Origin: Patescibacteria group bacterium
GTDB lineage: Bacteria; Patescibacteriota; Dojkabacteria; GCA-002793355
Direction: 5' to 3'
Assembly: GCA_016860985.1 (NCBI GenBank)
Contig: BOKM01000001.1
Coordinates: 156,185 to 220,184, forward strand
Length of the DNA: 64,000 bases
Both the position numbers and the translations under genes were made by a program. How positions within the stretch are numbered: the stretch's first letter is position 1; the number at the start of each line of letters is the position of its first letter. Positions 30,823 to 40,769 of this stretch are shown in pieces. The notes under the pieces are model-generated. The model made no database searches and was not told the origin of the DNA. It saw only the letters and a program-made list of their open reading frames with translations.

Positions 30823-31998
30823 TTAAACTTTAAATAGCGCCGTTACAACTTTAGAGAATAAATCGTTACCTTTCTTTATTACTAACCGATCGTGCATAGC
30901 CAAATCCATTATCAGCGCAGTAAGACTTGCAATACCCATTGCTAACAGCTTAAGTCTTGGAAAGGCCAAGAAGACGAACACAATAAAGGTAGTATAGGTT
31001 ATAAAGCGTATTACATCGTCTTTATGAACTTCAAAACTTTGACGTAATGCCCACTTTACTTGTGCTGCACCGGCCATTTTTTGGTTGCCTTCTCCAACAT
31101 ATGAGTTTACTTCTTTATAAAACGCGAACCCTGCAGCTACTATTCGGATCATGAATCTTATAATTTCAAATCCAACGGCAGCCATAACAAGGTTGAGAGT
31201 GCTATACAAGCTCTTATCTACCGTCCAACCTCGAATCATAAAATTATAGTTATTGTACTGTGCATGAAGCTCAACATTTAATTCTTTTGGCAAAAAGAAA
31301 AGCTTCTGACTATCCATGGTAAGAAAGAACACAAAGAGTACAACCTCTACGGCATCTCCGAAAATATCCTTGAATCTAATTTGTACTTTTCTTGCCCACG
31401 TTAATGATGCAGCACCCTCGTCTTTTGAGCGCTTATTTAAAAAGCCAGTTGCTACTACGAGTAAGGCAGATAATACAATTGTAAACAACGTAACGTCGTA
31501 CGATTTTCCAACCCATTTATACGCATAAATGAGCACAAAATAGACCGCAGCACCGAGTAAATACGCCAAGAAAGGAATCAGAAAATATATCGCTTGCTTT
31601 AACACATCGCCAATAAATTTGATTGCCTCCTTTATAAAATTCATTACGTCGACAATGGTGAGCGTTCCTTCGATAAAAATATCAAGTATTTGTTTTACCT
31701 GATCCTTTAACCCAATCATTATCAATACACCCATAATGAGGAATAAAAGGACAAGACTAAAAAGGAATAGCCAGAAGCCGTTGATAATAGCAAGAAACGT
31801 TGCTGGCGAGGTTAACGCAAGTACGCCACCGATTACCAAAAGCACAATAATCAGAAGAATGAACCCAGTAATAAACCGAGAATACCGCCCAGGATCTGTA
31901 GGAAGCTGATTATTCTCTGTGCTAGTCTCAGTAGATTCTGGTGTTGTAACCTGCGTCGGTTCTTCTGTTTTTATTGTTTTTTCGTTACCATCAGACAC
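30823..31998 (-). CDS. Hypothetical polytopic membrane protein
   Basis: 391 aa with many hydrophobic segments; GTG start after TGGTATAAT. Confidence 0.8.
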   Translation of the reverse strand: MSDGNEKTIKTEEPTQVTTPESTETSTENNQLPTDPGRYSRFITGFILLIIVLLVIGGVLALTSPATFLAIINGFWLFLFSLVLLFLIMGVLIMIGLKDQVKQILDIFIEGTLTIVDVMNFIKEAIKFIGDVLKQAIYFLIPFLAYLLGAAVYFVLIYAYKWVGKSYDVTLFTIVLSALLVVATGFLNKRSKDEGAASLTWARKVQIRFKDIFGDAVEVVLFVFFLTMDSQKLFFLPKELNVELHAQYNNYNFMIRGWTVDKSLYSTLNLVMAAVGFEIIRFMIRIVAAGFAFYKEVNSYVGEGNQKMAGAAQVKWALRQSFEVHKDDVIRFITYTTFIVFVFLAFPRLKLLAMGIASLTALIMDLAMHDRLVIKKGNDLFSKVVTALFKV

Positions 31999-32036
31999 AT
32001 TGAATTATACCAAATTTACCGATTTTCTGATACTTC

Positions 32037-35000
32037 TTAATTTGTCGTCGTACAGAATGGATGAGTTGTCGTGCCACAGGTAAGATCTACTGTCTTTTCT
32101 ACTCCAAGAAGTGGCCTAAAGATATCAAGAAGATTTGCGTCATACTTAATCCATTCTGCTGGGTATCTTCTGTTATCTACAGGAGCTAAGTCTCGCTTAA
32201 AGAGTGGTACTGTAGATGACGAATACACCCATCCACGAATTTCAAGTCGATCTGTACTCTTTGAGGTTGCACCTCTTGCACCCTTGTTTACTGTTACCGA
32301 TGCACCCGAATTTGCCACAATAGCAGCATCAAAGATATCTGCTGTTGGTTGTCTCTTTGTATCTTCTGGTGCTGGAAGTCGAACATCACTTGGGGTATCA
32401 CCAATTATGATGCTTCCGCCAGCTGCAATCACGAACATACAACCGTTATTCTGACCTGTTGTGCTCTTTTTCACCTGACCGTTGATTGTAAGAGTACCGG
32501 TAACAAAGATAACATTAGTACGAGAGCAGGTGATATCAGCTACAGTTTGAGTTCCAACGGTTAAGACATTGTAAGTTGCTGCACCTACCTCATCTAGCCC
32601 ACCATCGGTGTTGCAAGTATTTGGTGTTGTGGTGTTCATCAAATCACAATTCAATCGGGCTGAAGCTCTAAGCCTCTCGTATTCATTTCCAGGAAGGAAC
32701 GGCGTATGACCAAACACATTGTAAGAAGATGTGCCTGTTCGGTAGTAATTCTTGAAGCCTAGTGCTGCATTTGTGGTTGGATTTAACAGATATCCACCGC
32801 TTATTCCAATCCCCTGTGCAGGCGCTCCTCCTGTCATAAAGAGGCCAGTTCCTGCGGTAAAGATTTGCTCAGTAAACGGAGAGTACACACTCTTGCTGTT
32901 GTCTGCAGTTGTTCCATCGTTTGTTGGGAGAGTTTGCGAAAATGGAACACTACCACCCTTTGCGCTAAAGATATCACCATAAGATGTTTTTAACCATGGA
33001 GCAAGAAATACATACTCGGTACCATTGCGGCCACAGCCCATATTTCCGGCTCTGTCGTAAACGCAGGCGCCTGTTACAACTTCTTCTCCGCCATCTAAAC
33101 CATATCCCGTAATGGTGATATAGGTAGTTGATGCCGGAAGTGCAGTACGAGAATTCATTCCATTGAGTGGGTTTCCTGCCGAATCAAGTGCCCATTGTCT
33201 ATCGCCGAGTGGCTCTCCTTCGAGCATCTCTTGACGGACCATATATTTGTTCGTAACGCCAGCAATTCCTGAACCACCAGCTTTGTCGGCAATACTTAAG
33301 TTTGCAACTGCAGTTCCAGAGGTTGAATTCCATGTAACGTTTGAAACAGTTGGAGCAGATGAATCGAACATAAGGTTAAAGTCTGTCCCACTTGGGCAGG
33401 TTGCGCCATTACACGCTGCGCCGCTCTTGTTGAATTTAAGCCAGCCTTCTGCACCTTTTCCAGTCACATTATTCAATGGAACAGCTACCTTATCCAATGC
33501 ACTAATAAAGACCGCATATTCACCTTCTGGCATACCTTGGCCGCCATCTTTGTCGTTAAAGTAAATACCAAATTTGAAAGTAAGCGCGTTTGCGTCACCA
33601 TTCACTGCTGTGACACCTTCTTTTTTAATACAAGCTGCACATCCAACAGGGCACACTGCAGGGGTTGAGGCTGCAACCACCGTTGGTGTATTTGAATTTG
33701 ATTGATAACACAAGAGATGGCTGTCATCTGCTGCAATCGCCCATTCATAATTTGCACGTGCAGCAGCATCTGCTGTTGATGCAGTTTTTGCAGTATCTGG
33801 AACGTTTGCATTTACACAACCTATCGTAGTGTTGAGACAATCAGGAAAACCAACCGACTGCCAAGCTCTCTGACTTGCTGATTGTAATTTTCCAATCAAA
33901 ACGTTTCCGTTATTTCCGACCGTTTGGCCGAGACTGTTTATAAAGGCAAGCGCTGAGAATATCTGCTTTGTACTTCCGAGTAGCTCTGTCGGCCCACAAT
34001 TGGAACCAGTACAGGCGCGAGAAACCATATTCGAGCGGGCAATGCCACTAACAACTTGCATATTCTCTTTTTCAGAATACATCGCCTGAAAACTATTTCT
34101 TACCCCAGCACCAAGATTAACAGGAGGAACAGTTGCGTTATTTGCATCTTGAGCTTCACGTTGCAACCAGACACCTGCCTGCATAATATCGTTTCTACCG
34201 TTTGCGTCTCGTACAGTAAATTCAAGACGTAGAGGATTTCTTCTTTGGCTGAATGCTGCTTCGTATCTCTCACCACCACCTGGACATTTTATTGGGTCTA
34301 ACAAAGAAAGTGGCTCATTACACACAGAAGCACGCGCTTTTGACTGGGTAGTCAGTGGTGAACCTACATAAAGGATATTTCTACCATCAACCAAATCCCC
34401 TGCTTCACGAACTGTATCCATAATATCATTATCGTAAATCGAAACATCAGTAAGCTGTGGCGCTTGATTAGTCACAGATACCGCGACCTTACACGTTCCG
34501 TAATCAGAGACGTCTGGGCCGTTTCCATCGGAATCGATATCTCGAATCTCAACTTCCAAAAATCCACTACAAATTGATTGTCCGTTTACATTATCGAATA
34601 TTCCGTGAGACTCACGAGCATCTACCATTAAGTCAGTACTTTGCGAGGTATTGCTTGAATTGTCTGAACCCGCTTTAACGGTTAAGTTCTCTACACTTCC
34701 ACCACCGAGAGTACTCACCTTTACACATGACTTCAAATTCCCTGCAGTATCAACAACCCTTACTTTTGTTACTTGCACAGTGTCACCATAGTCTTGATCG
34801 GTTGCAGTTAGCGTAATCTGTCGGGGAGCGTCTTCTCGTGTCATTGAAATTGAGGCAGGAAGAATAGCACACGAAGGTACTGCATTATGGTACGTTGCTG
34901 GACATGCATAATTAGAAGGGTTACAAGGATCTCCACAGGAACGTCCATTCCCGTTGGAAGTCGAACGAGTCATAAATTTGTTTTGAGGATTTGAGGGGGG

Positions 35001-35306
35001 GCAACTCACTGGGGTACACTGACATTCTGGAGGTTTATCACAAAACCAGTCACAGTTTCCACAACCTGGATCGTTACTTCCAGTTCCGCCACAACCTTTT
35101 TTAGAATCACTACAATTGTCGTCCCAACAACAACCGTATTCGGCTCCATCATCACCATCGCCACACCTTGTTTGCCCACCACTTGGTTTAGGACCACACC
35201 CATCACAGTTCCCACTACAACGATATGCGTAAACAGGCGTTGTGGATATAACAAAAAATGAAGAAACCAGAATACCAATGAGTATTACCGCTTTATAAAC
35301 TTTCAT
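32037..35306 (-). CDS. Large secreted/surface protein with Cys-rich N-terminus
   Basis: Signal peptide (VYA), Cys/Gly-rich segment, Ig-like beta-rich repeats (NQAPQLT, DSSAPTVS), beta-rich C-terminus. Confidence 0.85.
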   Translation of the reverse strand: MKVYKAVILIGILVSSFFVISTTPVYAYRCSGNCDGCGPKPSGGQTRCGDGDDGAEYGCCWDDNCSDSKKGCGGTGSNDPGCGNCDWFCDKPPECQCTPVSCPPSNPQNKFMTRSTSNGNGRSCGDPCNPSNYACPATYHNAVPSCAILPASISMTREDAPRQITLTATDQDYGDTVQVTKVRVVDTAGNLKSCVKVSTLGGGSVENLTVKAGSDNSSNTSQSTDLMVDARESHGIFDNVNGQSICSGFLEVEIRDIDSDGNGPDVSDYGTCKVAVSVTNQAPQLTDVSIYDNDIMDTVREAGDLVDGRNILYVGSPLTTQSKARASVCNEPLSLLDPIKCPGGGERYEAAFSQRRNPLRLEFTVRDANGRNDIMQAGVWLQREAQDANNATVPPVNLGAGVRNSFQAMYSEKENMQVVSGIARSNMVSRACTGSNCGPTELLGSTKQIFSALAFINSLGQTVGNNGNVLIGKLQSASQRAWQSVGFPDCLNTTIGCVNANVPDTAKTASTADAAARANYEWAIAADDSHLLCYQSNSNTPTVVAASTPAVCPVGCAACIKKEGVTAVNGDANALTFKFGIYFNDKDGGQGMPEGEYAVFISALDKVAVPLNNVTGKGAEGWLKFNKSGAACNGATCPSGTDFNLMFDSSAPTVSNVTWNSTSGTAVANLSIADKAGGSGIAGVTNKYMVRQEMLEGEPLGDRQWALDSAGNPLNGMNSRTALPASTTYITITGYGLDGGEEVVTGACVYDRAGNMGCGRNGTEYVFLAPWLKTSYGDIFSAKGGSVPFSQTLPTNDGTTADNSKSVYSPFTEQIFTAGTGLFMTGGAPAQGIGISGGYLLNPTTNAALGFKNYYRTGTSSYNVFGHTPFLPGNEYERLRASARLNCDLMNTTTPNTCNTDGGLDEVGAATYNVLTVGTQTVADITCSRTNVIFVTGTLTINGQVKKSTTGQNNGCMFVIAAGGSIIIGDTPSDVRLPAPEDTKRQPTADIFDAAIVANSGASVTVNKGARGATSKSTDRLEIRGWVYSSSTVPLFKRDLAPVDNRRYPAEWIKYDANLLDIFRPLLGVEKTVDLTCGTTTHPFCTTTN

Positions 35307-36798
35307 ACAAATATAACAAAATTAATGAATTTGACTGAGATTTCCATTCAACATAGCTATTTCCAGCTTTGTCGGTCATATCTAAAAATGACTCCCGCTC
35401 CTTCATAGTTATTGAATCAATAACGTAAGGGTTAACATACGGACTAAATCGCGCACCGTTATAGATAACTTTTGCTATCTCTTGCTTATCCAGTTTTACA
35501 TTCTGGTCGAGCGAGAGCGAAAACATATCCATAAATATCTCGGTAACTCTTTTTGCAAGCGTTGGAACATTTGCTGCCCCTTTAGTAACGACGTAGTCAC
35601 AACTCATATTCAATTGATGTATTAAATCGCCATCCCAACCTTCACCTGGAAAATACAAGTTTCTGGAGTATCGCTTTAGCCATTCAATATGCTCGGCCTC
35701 ATTGGTAGGTAATTTATAATCATCTTCCAATACTCTTGCTAAGTCCTTTGCATAAAGATGGAACAGCTCCGTGTTTGAATTACTCACATTTTTGGTAATT
35801 TCTACTACTGGGCAAATTGGAAAATTGTAGGCGGAAAAGACCTTCCAATCTACTTTTTGAGTTGGGTCATTTGCAAAAACCTGAGCTTCTGGTCGGGTTG
35901 GATAAAAAGGATAAAGATACTTTTTGAAATCGGTAAAGTATTTATCAAATTCCTGTTTATTCGATTTACTAAGTGCATACATATAAAAGGCTACCTTTTG
36001 AGCAGCGTTTGATTGATAAGTTCCTTCGCAGGAATCCAAATCTGAGCAGCGAATAGCGTCTGTTGAAAAATAGTCTCTGTACACGTTCAGTTTCTCTTGA
36101 GGATCTTTAACGGATTCAACACTCGCTTCGAATTCACGTTGCAATTTTTCGTTAACTTTTTTTACCCATTCGTCTGCATATGCCTTTTCTTGAGCTTGCG
36201 TTGGTGTATCTAGCCTTTGCATTGACCACGACTCAAGAGATACCGGAATATTCTCTTTGGCACCATCTGCCGTAACTAGTGCATGATTAATCAAATTAAC
36301 CAGATTCTTTTCTTTTCTCTTACTCGTACCCTTTAAGTTAACTGCTACTGGTAACGCATCTGACCCTAAGGTTGAAACTGATTCAAAAGAAGTATCTTGA
36401 CGTCCAAGAAAGGCGCTAGGGAGTGGATCGCTCGACTTTACGACAAGTACAATATCAGACTTTTCTTTCCAATCTTTTGGAACTTCGAGGGCACGCTTTG
36501 AATAATAAAATGGAAGGAGGCTACATTTTAGAGTAGAAACTGATTCATTCCTTGTGATTTCGTATAGGAAACAATATGGCGCAGAGAAGGTGAATTGACC
36601 ATCGAGAGGGTTCCCTTCAACAGTTAAGCCTAACGCCGAAGCAGTACTAGGCAACAAAACTGCCTGTTCCGTTGTCCACGTTTTTTGATCGTTCCATACA
36701 CTATTTACGTGCATCCACCCCCATGCTCCGAGAGAGGCCAATACAGCAATAACCAATGCACCTGCAACGAGGTACACATTCTTCTTCTTAATTCTCAT
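35293..36798 (-). CDS. Hypothetical membrane-anchored protein
   Basis: 501 aa, N-terminal TM; overlaps the start of the large surface protein gene (operon). Confidence 0.8.
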   Translation of the reverse strand: MRIKKKNVYLVAGALVIAVLASLGAWGWMHVNSVWNDQKTWTTEQAVLLPSTASALGLTVEGNPLDGQFTFSAPYCFLYEITRNESVSTLKCSLLPFYYSKRALEVPKDWKEKSDIVLVVKSSDPLPSAFLGRQDTSFESVSTLGSDALPVAVNLKGTSKRKEKNLVNLINHALVTADGAKENIPVSLESWSMQRLDTPTQAQEKAYADEWVKKVNEKLQREFEASVESVKDPQEKLNVYRDYFSTDAIRCSDLDSCEGTYQSNAAQKVAFYMYALSKSNKQEFDKYFTDFKKYLYPFYPTRPEAQVFANDPTQKVDWKVFSAYNFPICPVVEITKNVSNSNTELFHLYAKDLARVLEDDYKLPTNEAEHIEWLKRYSRNLYFPGEGWDGDLIHQLNMSCDYVVTKGAANVPTLAKRVTEIFMDMFSLSLDQNVKLDKQEIAKVIYNGARFSPYVNPYVIDSITMKERESFLDMTDKAGNSYVEWKSQSNSLILLYLYESL

Positions 36799-36842
36799 GA
36801 ATCAGTGTAAAGAAGTGCACCTACGATGTCAAGGTGTTGCAG

Positions 36843-37172
36843 TTACACTGCGCTTAATTCTTGAATCACGAAATCCTTTGGTCGAAGACCAATAATCTCT
36901 TTAACGTATTGCCCTGCCTTAAAGATTTTCATATTTGGAATACTCATAATCTTGTACTCCATCGCGATTGGCATGTTGTCTGGCTCTTCGGTATTAATCT
37001 TCACGATTTTTACTTTGCCTGCCATCTCCTCACTCACTTTTCCAAGAATTGGTGCCATCATGAGACAAGGTGTGCACCAAGGAGCCCAAAAATCAACCAA
37101 AACTGGGACCTCGGACTTTAGCACTTCTTGTTCAAACTGTGCTTTACCAACAACGTCGATAATTCCTTCCAT
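36843..37172 (-). CDS. trxA: Thioredoxin (WCTPC active site)
   Basis: VLVDFWAPWCTPC, IMSIP. Confidence 0.93.
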   Translation of the reverse strand: MEGIIDVVGKAQFEQEVLKSEVPVLVDFWAPWCTPCLMMAPILGKVSEEMAGKVKIVKINTEEPDNMPIAMEYKIMSIPNMKIFKAGQYVKEIIGLRPKDFVIQELSAV

Positions 37173-37199
37173 TGTATTTAATAATAAAAAAATTATTAC

Positions 37200-37442
37200 T
37201 TATGAAGTATGACTCACAAGCTCAGCAAAAAGCTTTGCGGTCACAGCTTTTCTTTCAGCTAGTTTGGTACACTGAGCTAGCTCTTGCTCGATAATCTTTT
37301 GCATTACTGCACTGACACCGGCTCGAACTGCTTTTAATTGTGTTAACTGCTGCTCACATGCTACACCAGAGTCACGTAGTCGAACAATACCTTCAAGCTG
37401 CCCAATTATGTTTCTTAGTCTTGCAGTGATGTCTTTTTCCAT
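37200..37442 (-). CDS. CsoR/RcnR-family repressor lacking the metal-ligand His
   Basis: RLRNIIGQLEGI...C....QLKAVRAG...ELAQC; start ATG 37442. Confidence 0.85.
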   Translation of the reverse strand: MEKDITARLRNIIGQLEGIVRLRDSGVACEQQLTQLKAVRAGVSAVMQKIIEQELAQCTKLAERKAVTAKLFAELVSHTS

Positions 37443-37447
37443 GAGAA

Positions 37448-37475
37448 AGTATACCACACCCCCTAGGGGTGTCAA
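37448..37475 (-). promoter_or_regulatory. Sigma70 promoter containing a CsoR-type operator
   Basis: TTGACA-16-TATACT-5nt-ATG; inverted repeat ACACCCC-CTA-GGGGTGT (37456-37472) in the spacer, overlapping -35. Confidence 0.8.
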
Positions 37476-37523
37476 TAACTTAAGTGGTTAAAAATTTTTG
37501 CTTGCGCTATAATTCAGCAACAT

Positions 37524-37596
37524 CGGAGTGTAGTTCAGTTGGTAGAATGCACGCATGGGGTGCGTGAGGTCGCGAGTTCGAGTCTCGCCACTCCGA
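37524..37596 (+). tRNA. tRNA-Pro(GGG)
   Basis: CGGAGTG/CACTCCG acceptor, CACGC-AT GGG GT-GCGTG, GCGAG-TTCGAGT-CTCGC; A73; no CCA. Confidence 0.95.
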
Positions 37597-37615
37597 ATTT
37601 GACTAGTCATTATAC

Positions 37616-38947
37616 ATGTCACTTTTTCAAGAAGAAACGATAAAAGCGGCAAGCAATTTTAATGCCACACAAAAGGCAGTATCAATCAAACTGATATATG
37701 CGATTTGCAATATTAAAATCGCCGCAGCCCGAGCGAATTTACGCTTCAAGCAAATTGACTCAGCCACTGCTGAAGCAATAGAAAATGCAGCTCATGCAGT
37801 CTTAAGCGGGAAATACGACAATGAATTTGTTACCGATCAAATCCAAGGCGGTGCCGGTACTTCGGTTCACTCTAATGTTAATGAAGTGATTGCGACACTC
37901 TCCTCTCGAAATTCGAAACTAAACATCCACCCAAACGATCACGTAAATAAAGGTCAATCAACAAATGATGTCATTCCAACTGCCATGCGAATAGTGTTTC
38001 TGCAAAAAATTGACAAACTCACTAAACATATCGACACCCTAACAGGTAACTTAGAACTATATGCTCACAAATACAAGAATCTACCTCGAATAGGCAGAAC
38101 GCACTTACAAGATGCCGTTCCGCTAACTGTTGAAATGCAATTTCTTGCGTATGCAGAATTTTTTAAACGTTCCTCTCTGCAACTTCGTGCACAAAAGGAA
38201 CTACTCTTTCGAAATAACCTAGGGGGGACTGCAATTGGAACAGGACTTAATTCGGTTGAAGGTTTTTCAGTCAAAGTTAACAAAGAATTGGCGGAGTTAA
38301 CAGGTTTTCCGCTTTATCCAGCCACGAATTTGCTTGATGCGACGCAAAACACGGATGATTTTCTTAATCTATCTGCGCAAATAAATACTTTTGCTGGTGG
38401 GCTTAGCAAAATAGTAAACGACCTCAGACTTCTAGTATCAGGACCACGCGCAGGGATAGCAGAGTTTAGACTAGTAGAAGTGCAAAAAGGTTCAACGATC
38501 ATGCCTGGGAAAGCAAACCCCGTTGTTCTTGAAATGGTAAACCAAATCTGCCAGCAAGTTTTTGGAAATGCAACAGCAGCATTCCATGCTTTAATAAGCG
38601 GGCAACTCGAGCTGAATGTGATGCTTCCTCTCTTTTTCAAGAACACTCTCGAATCGATGGAATTGTTATCGTACGCGGTTACAATGCTTTCTGAGAAAGT
38701 ACTCCCATCGCTATCTCCAAACCCTGTTCAGATACAAAAGCATTTGGATGAGAGCCTATATGCTGCAACTGCTCTTTCTAAAAAAATCGGTTACGATCGT
38801 GCATCGAAAATCGTTGCAGAGGCAATCCAACAGGAATTCACAATCCGTGATATTCTCATTAAAGAGGGCGTACTCACTGACTCAGAAATTGACGACTTAT
38901 TAGACCCATTACAACACGTTAGGCCTTCTGCTCCACCTTCAGCATAA
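37616..38947 (+). CDS. Aspartate ammonia-lyase / class II fumarase family
   Basis: QGGAGTS..NVNEV, HPNDHVNKGQSTND, GRTHLQDA, GSTIMPGKANP, GQLELNV. Confidence 0.9.
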   Translation: MSLFQEETIKAASNFNATQKAVSIKLIYAICNIKIAAARANLRFKQIDSATAEAIENAAHAVLSGKYDNEFVTDQIQGGAGTSVHSNVNEVIATLSSRNSKLNIHPNDHVNKGQSTNDVIPTAMRIVFLQKIDKLTKHIDTLTGNLELYAHKYKNLPRIGRTHLQDAVPLTVEMQFLAYAEFFKRSSLQLRAQKELLFRNNLGGTAIGTGLNSVEGFSVKVNKELAELTGFPLYPATNLLDATQNTDDFLNLSAQINTFAGGLSKIVNDLRLLVSGPRAGIAEFRLVEVQKGSTIMPGKANPVVLEMVNQICQQVFGNATAAFHALISGQLELNVMLPLFFKNTLESMELLSYAVTMLSEKVLPSLSPNPVQIQKHLDESLYAATALSKKIGYDRASKIVAEAIQQEFTIRDILIKEGVLTDSEIDDLLDPLQHVRPSAPPSA

Positions 38948-39004
38948 ATAAAAGAGTTCTGGCACTTGTATTCCACCATTTTATTGCGCTATAATTCGAT
39001 GTTC

Positions 39005-39076
39005 GGGTTGATAGCTCAACGGTAGAGCAGCTGACTTTTAATCAGTAGGTTCAGGGTTCGAATCCCTGTCGACCCA
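39005..39076 (+). tRNA. tRNA-Lys(TTT)
   Basis: GGGTTGA/TCGACCC acceptor, GCTGA-CT TTT AA-TCAGT, CAGGG-TTCGAAT-CCCTG; no CCA. Confidence 0.95.
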
Positions 39077-39391
39077 AAGGTGTTTGTTCGCTCTCAGAGT
39101 AGACAGACACCTTTTTTATTAATATTGGGGATTCGAAACCCCGAGGAGAATGTACCATGGTACATTCGACGAAGTGGGCGGGGTCGAGGAAGTAACACAT
39201 TAGTACGCGTAGCGCGATTGATGTTGTTACGAGGTGACCGAATCCCTGTCGACCCAAAAAGTGCATTGGCCGTATGAATTATGGGCAGTGCTCTTTTTTA
39301 GTTAATCAGGGTGAGAGCCGGTTCGACCGCGAAGGCGTGTGCGCGTCGTTTGCACCAATTCAATCTTCGCGCAAATCCCTGTCGACCCAAA
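39061..39391 (+). repeat. Three direct copies of the tRNA-Lys 3' end AATCCCTGTCGACCCAAA
   Basis: Exact 18-mers at 39061-39078, 39241-39258 and 39374-39391, separated by palindrome-rich spacers. Confidence 0.95.
39076..39117 (+). terminator. Intrinsic terminator-like hairpin after tRNA-Lys
   Basis: AAAGGTGTTTGT...ACAGACACCTTT followed by a T-run. Confidence 0.75.
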
Positions 39392-39442
39392 GAGATTTCC
39401 ACTTACGACGTAAAGCAAACGGAAAGATCCCCCCTAAGTATT

Positions 39443-39721
39443 CTATTTATTCAACAGCTTTGTAACTTGCAGTATCTCTTCAACCATCTCCTCTTTCTTG
39501 TTCTTCTGCTTCGACTCTATCGCATTGGTAAAACAATGATGTAAATGATTTTCCATGAGCTTCTGATGTGCTGATTTCAGTAGACCGATTGTTGCAAGAT
39601 TCTGTGTCATGATATCGATACAATATTCGTCGTGTTCTATCATACTCAACATCTTATCTATCATACTTCGAGCCTTTTTTAGGTTCGTTGTGGCATCATT
39701 TTGTACATGTACTCTTTTCAT
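39443..39721 (-). CDS. csoR: Copper-sensing repressor CsoR
   Basis: YCIDIMTQ...NHLHHC (Cys-His-Cys fingerprint); last gene of the copA operon. Confidence 0.88.
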   Translation of the reverse strand: MKRVHVQNDATTNLKKARSMIDKMLSMIEHDEYCIDIMTQNLATIGLLKSAHQKLMENHLHHCFTNAIESKQKNKKEEMVEEILQVTKLLNK

Positions 39722-39731
39722 AATTCAATCG

Positions 39732-40769
39732 TTAAAATAGAGGTAATATTATACCCGCAGCAACAAGCGAGGTGTAAAAGTTAAAAACGGCAAAGAAAAG
39801 AACAATAAATCCAGCGGTACGGAAATAGACATCTGATCTATTTCCTTCAGAAAGTTTTGCGGAGGTAAATGAGATTAGAGACAAAACTGGTAAGGTTCCT
39901 AGTGCAAATATGAACATAATTACTGCACCACTAAGAAAATTTCCTGTCGCCATAGCACTAACCTGCATTGACTGAGTAAAACCACAAGGCAGGAAGAAGG
40001 TCAGAATACCCATAAGAATTGGCATGTACCCTTGTTTTACGGATTCAATGCCAGTAACTTTCTTCGCAAACGACTTTGGCATCCGCAGTTGGAAGCGCCT
40101 AAATACAGGGAAAATATCCAGCAAGTTCATTCCCAATACAAACATCACACCGAAAAGAACAATACTCATGAATAGGTAGAACCCAGGACCGAGCCGAAAA
40201 AGTGAACCGAGATACCCAAGTACTCCCCCCAAGACGAAGAAAGCCGCAATCCTTGCTATATGGAAAAACACTAGAGGAATCGTTTTATCAGCACTCTTCG
40301 CATAGCTTGAGGAAATTGAGAGGACGAGTCCACCTACTACAGCCATACAGGACGAAATCGATGCGATGATACCAATGAAAAACACTAGTGGTAGCGACAG
40401 TGTATCACCACTTATAAAGTTGCCAAGCCCGACTTTTTGCAACAAAAGAAACCCTCCGATTACAATAAGCGCATAGAGAAAACCTTGCTGAAGTTTCTGA
40501 TAGTCAACTTTGTGAGTTGCGTTTTCTTGCCCGACTAAATAGCCATGCTCTCTGATGGCGTCGTTGATTTCGGTTATTAAGGCGTCCTCATCCACATCAT
40601 TTTCGATTTCGAAGAATACTCGTTCTTTGCCTAGTACCGCGTTCACATTCTTCATATGTGGTGATTTTGCAAGTTTTTTTTCAACAGTTAACTCACAAGC
40701 CGCGCAATGCATGCCATCTACTGCATATGAGCATTTCTGCCCTTTCTTCATAATCCTTTTATCGTTCAT
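39732..40769 (-). CDS. HMA domain plus DsbD_2/TauE-like membrane protein (copper operon)
   Basis: GMHCAAC; [25 protein letters not shown]. Confidence 0.85.
   Translation of the reverse strand: MNDKRIMKKGQKCSYAVDGMHCAACELTVEKKLAKSPHMKNVNAVLGKERVFFEIENDVDEDALITEINDAIREHGYLVGQENATHKVDYQKLQQGFLYALIVIGGFLLLQKVGLGNFISGDTLSLPLVFFIGIIASISSCMAVVGGLVLSISSSYAKSADKTIPLVFFHIARIAAFFVLGGVLGYLGSLFRLGPGFYLFMSIVLFGVMFVLGMNLLDIFPVFRRFQLRMPKSFAKKVTGIESVKQGYMPILMGILTFFLPCGFTQSMQVSAMATGNFLSGAVIMFIFALGTLPVLSLISFTSAKLSEGNRSDVYFRTAGFIVLFFAVFNFYTSLVAAGIILPLF

Noticed and set aside
37502-38997. Identical TTGCGCTATAATTC at 37502 and 38984 flanking tRNA-Pro and the aspartase gene as att sites
   Set aside because: Both are the -10 regions of tRNA promoters; a similar sequence precedes tRNA-Asn
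39061-39391. tRNA-Lys repeats as a CRISPR array
   Set aside because: The 18-bp repeat equals the tRNA 3' end, spacers are long, unequal and self-complementary, and no cas genes are present
39051-39544. Short ORFs (63-77 aa) across the tRNA-Lys repeat region
   Set aside because: They overlap the tRNA and palindromes, have no recognisable motifs and no convincing starts
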